Source: an uncultured delta proteobacterium (lineage in GTDB: Bacteria; Desulfobacterota; Syntrophia; Syntrophales; UBA2185). Taken from it: 64,000 bases of DNA. Where the stretch lies: contig CAVSPA010000004.1 in the NCBI GenBank assembly GCA_963729715.1, positions 224,001-288,000 on the forward strand, read 5' to 3'. Under the pieces are notes generated by a model. The model saw only the letters and a list, made by a program, of their open reading frames with translations. It did not search any database and was not told the DNA's origin. The position numbers and the translations under genes are program-made. Shown one piece after another: positions 63,658-64,000 of this stretch. The first letter of the stretch is position 1, and each line of letters starts with the position of its first letter.

Positions 63658-64000
63658 CTATTTCAATAACTTGATCTTTTCCTTCAATGGATTAAAGAAA
63701 TTTGTCAAAGGGGTGAAGGAGCCGTCCTCGCCCACCTTTACGATTCTCGCCTTGAATGATGCCCCGTGATCGGTTTGCGTATACGTAACATTGGGGACGA
63801 GGCCGCCGAAATCCTCGTTCCTGAAAGACTCCATTGCCTTATTGATCGTTTCTCTATTGATCTCTTTATATTTTTGATTGGCGCGGATAAATGCCCTCTC
63901 CATGATCATGCCGACAACGATACCTTCCCAGTACGATGCATCGAATTTTTCGACCGTCCTGTAACGCTTCCACAACTCAGTCATTACCTTAATGCCCCGA
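63658..64000 (-). CDS. Liv-type ABC substrate-binding protein, C-terminal part (truncated by window edge)
   Basis: Frame open to the window end; YWEG..GM, DFGGLVP.VTY..TDH C-terminus; position upstream of the ABC genes. Confidence 0.7.
   Translation of the reverse strand, partial: RGIKVMTELWKRYRTVEKFDASYWEGIVVGMIMERAFIRANQKYKEINRETINKAMESFRNEDFGGLVPNVTYTQTDHGASFKARIVKVGEDGSFTPLTNFFNPLKEKIKLLK

Overview
Chromosomal segment that looks like an anaerobic deltaproteobacterium (Syntrophales/Smithella-like, inferred from gene content only). The first ~7 kb is an accessory, decaying region. It holds the 3' end of a transposase-like ORF and two different group II introns only 17 nt apart: an intact IIC intron (824-2721) and a class D/IIB intron with a broken RT (2739-4564). 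Both have an EBS1-IBS1 pairing readable from the sequence. Next come a degenerate tRNA-Pro 3' fragment (possible att scar), a glyoxalase II-like gene, and a DUF2156 pseudogene interrupted by a 150-bp insertion carrying twin identical hairpins (probable IS200/IS605-type miniature element). The remaining ~57 kb is housekeeping: tRNA-Leu-tig-clpP-clpX-lon, tRNA-Val/Asp, corC-lnt-prfB (programmed +1 frameshift), mltD, phoH-HD-ybeY, peptidases, dtd, guaB, dnaE, a dnaJ-like gene, iorAB, apgM-hom, recG, purMN, pfk, a two-component system, rpmB, recJ, and a Liv-type ABC transporter with an embedded acyl-CoA synthetase. No CRISPR array, rRNA or prophage was seen. All product calls come from recognising motifs, not from database searches.
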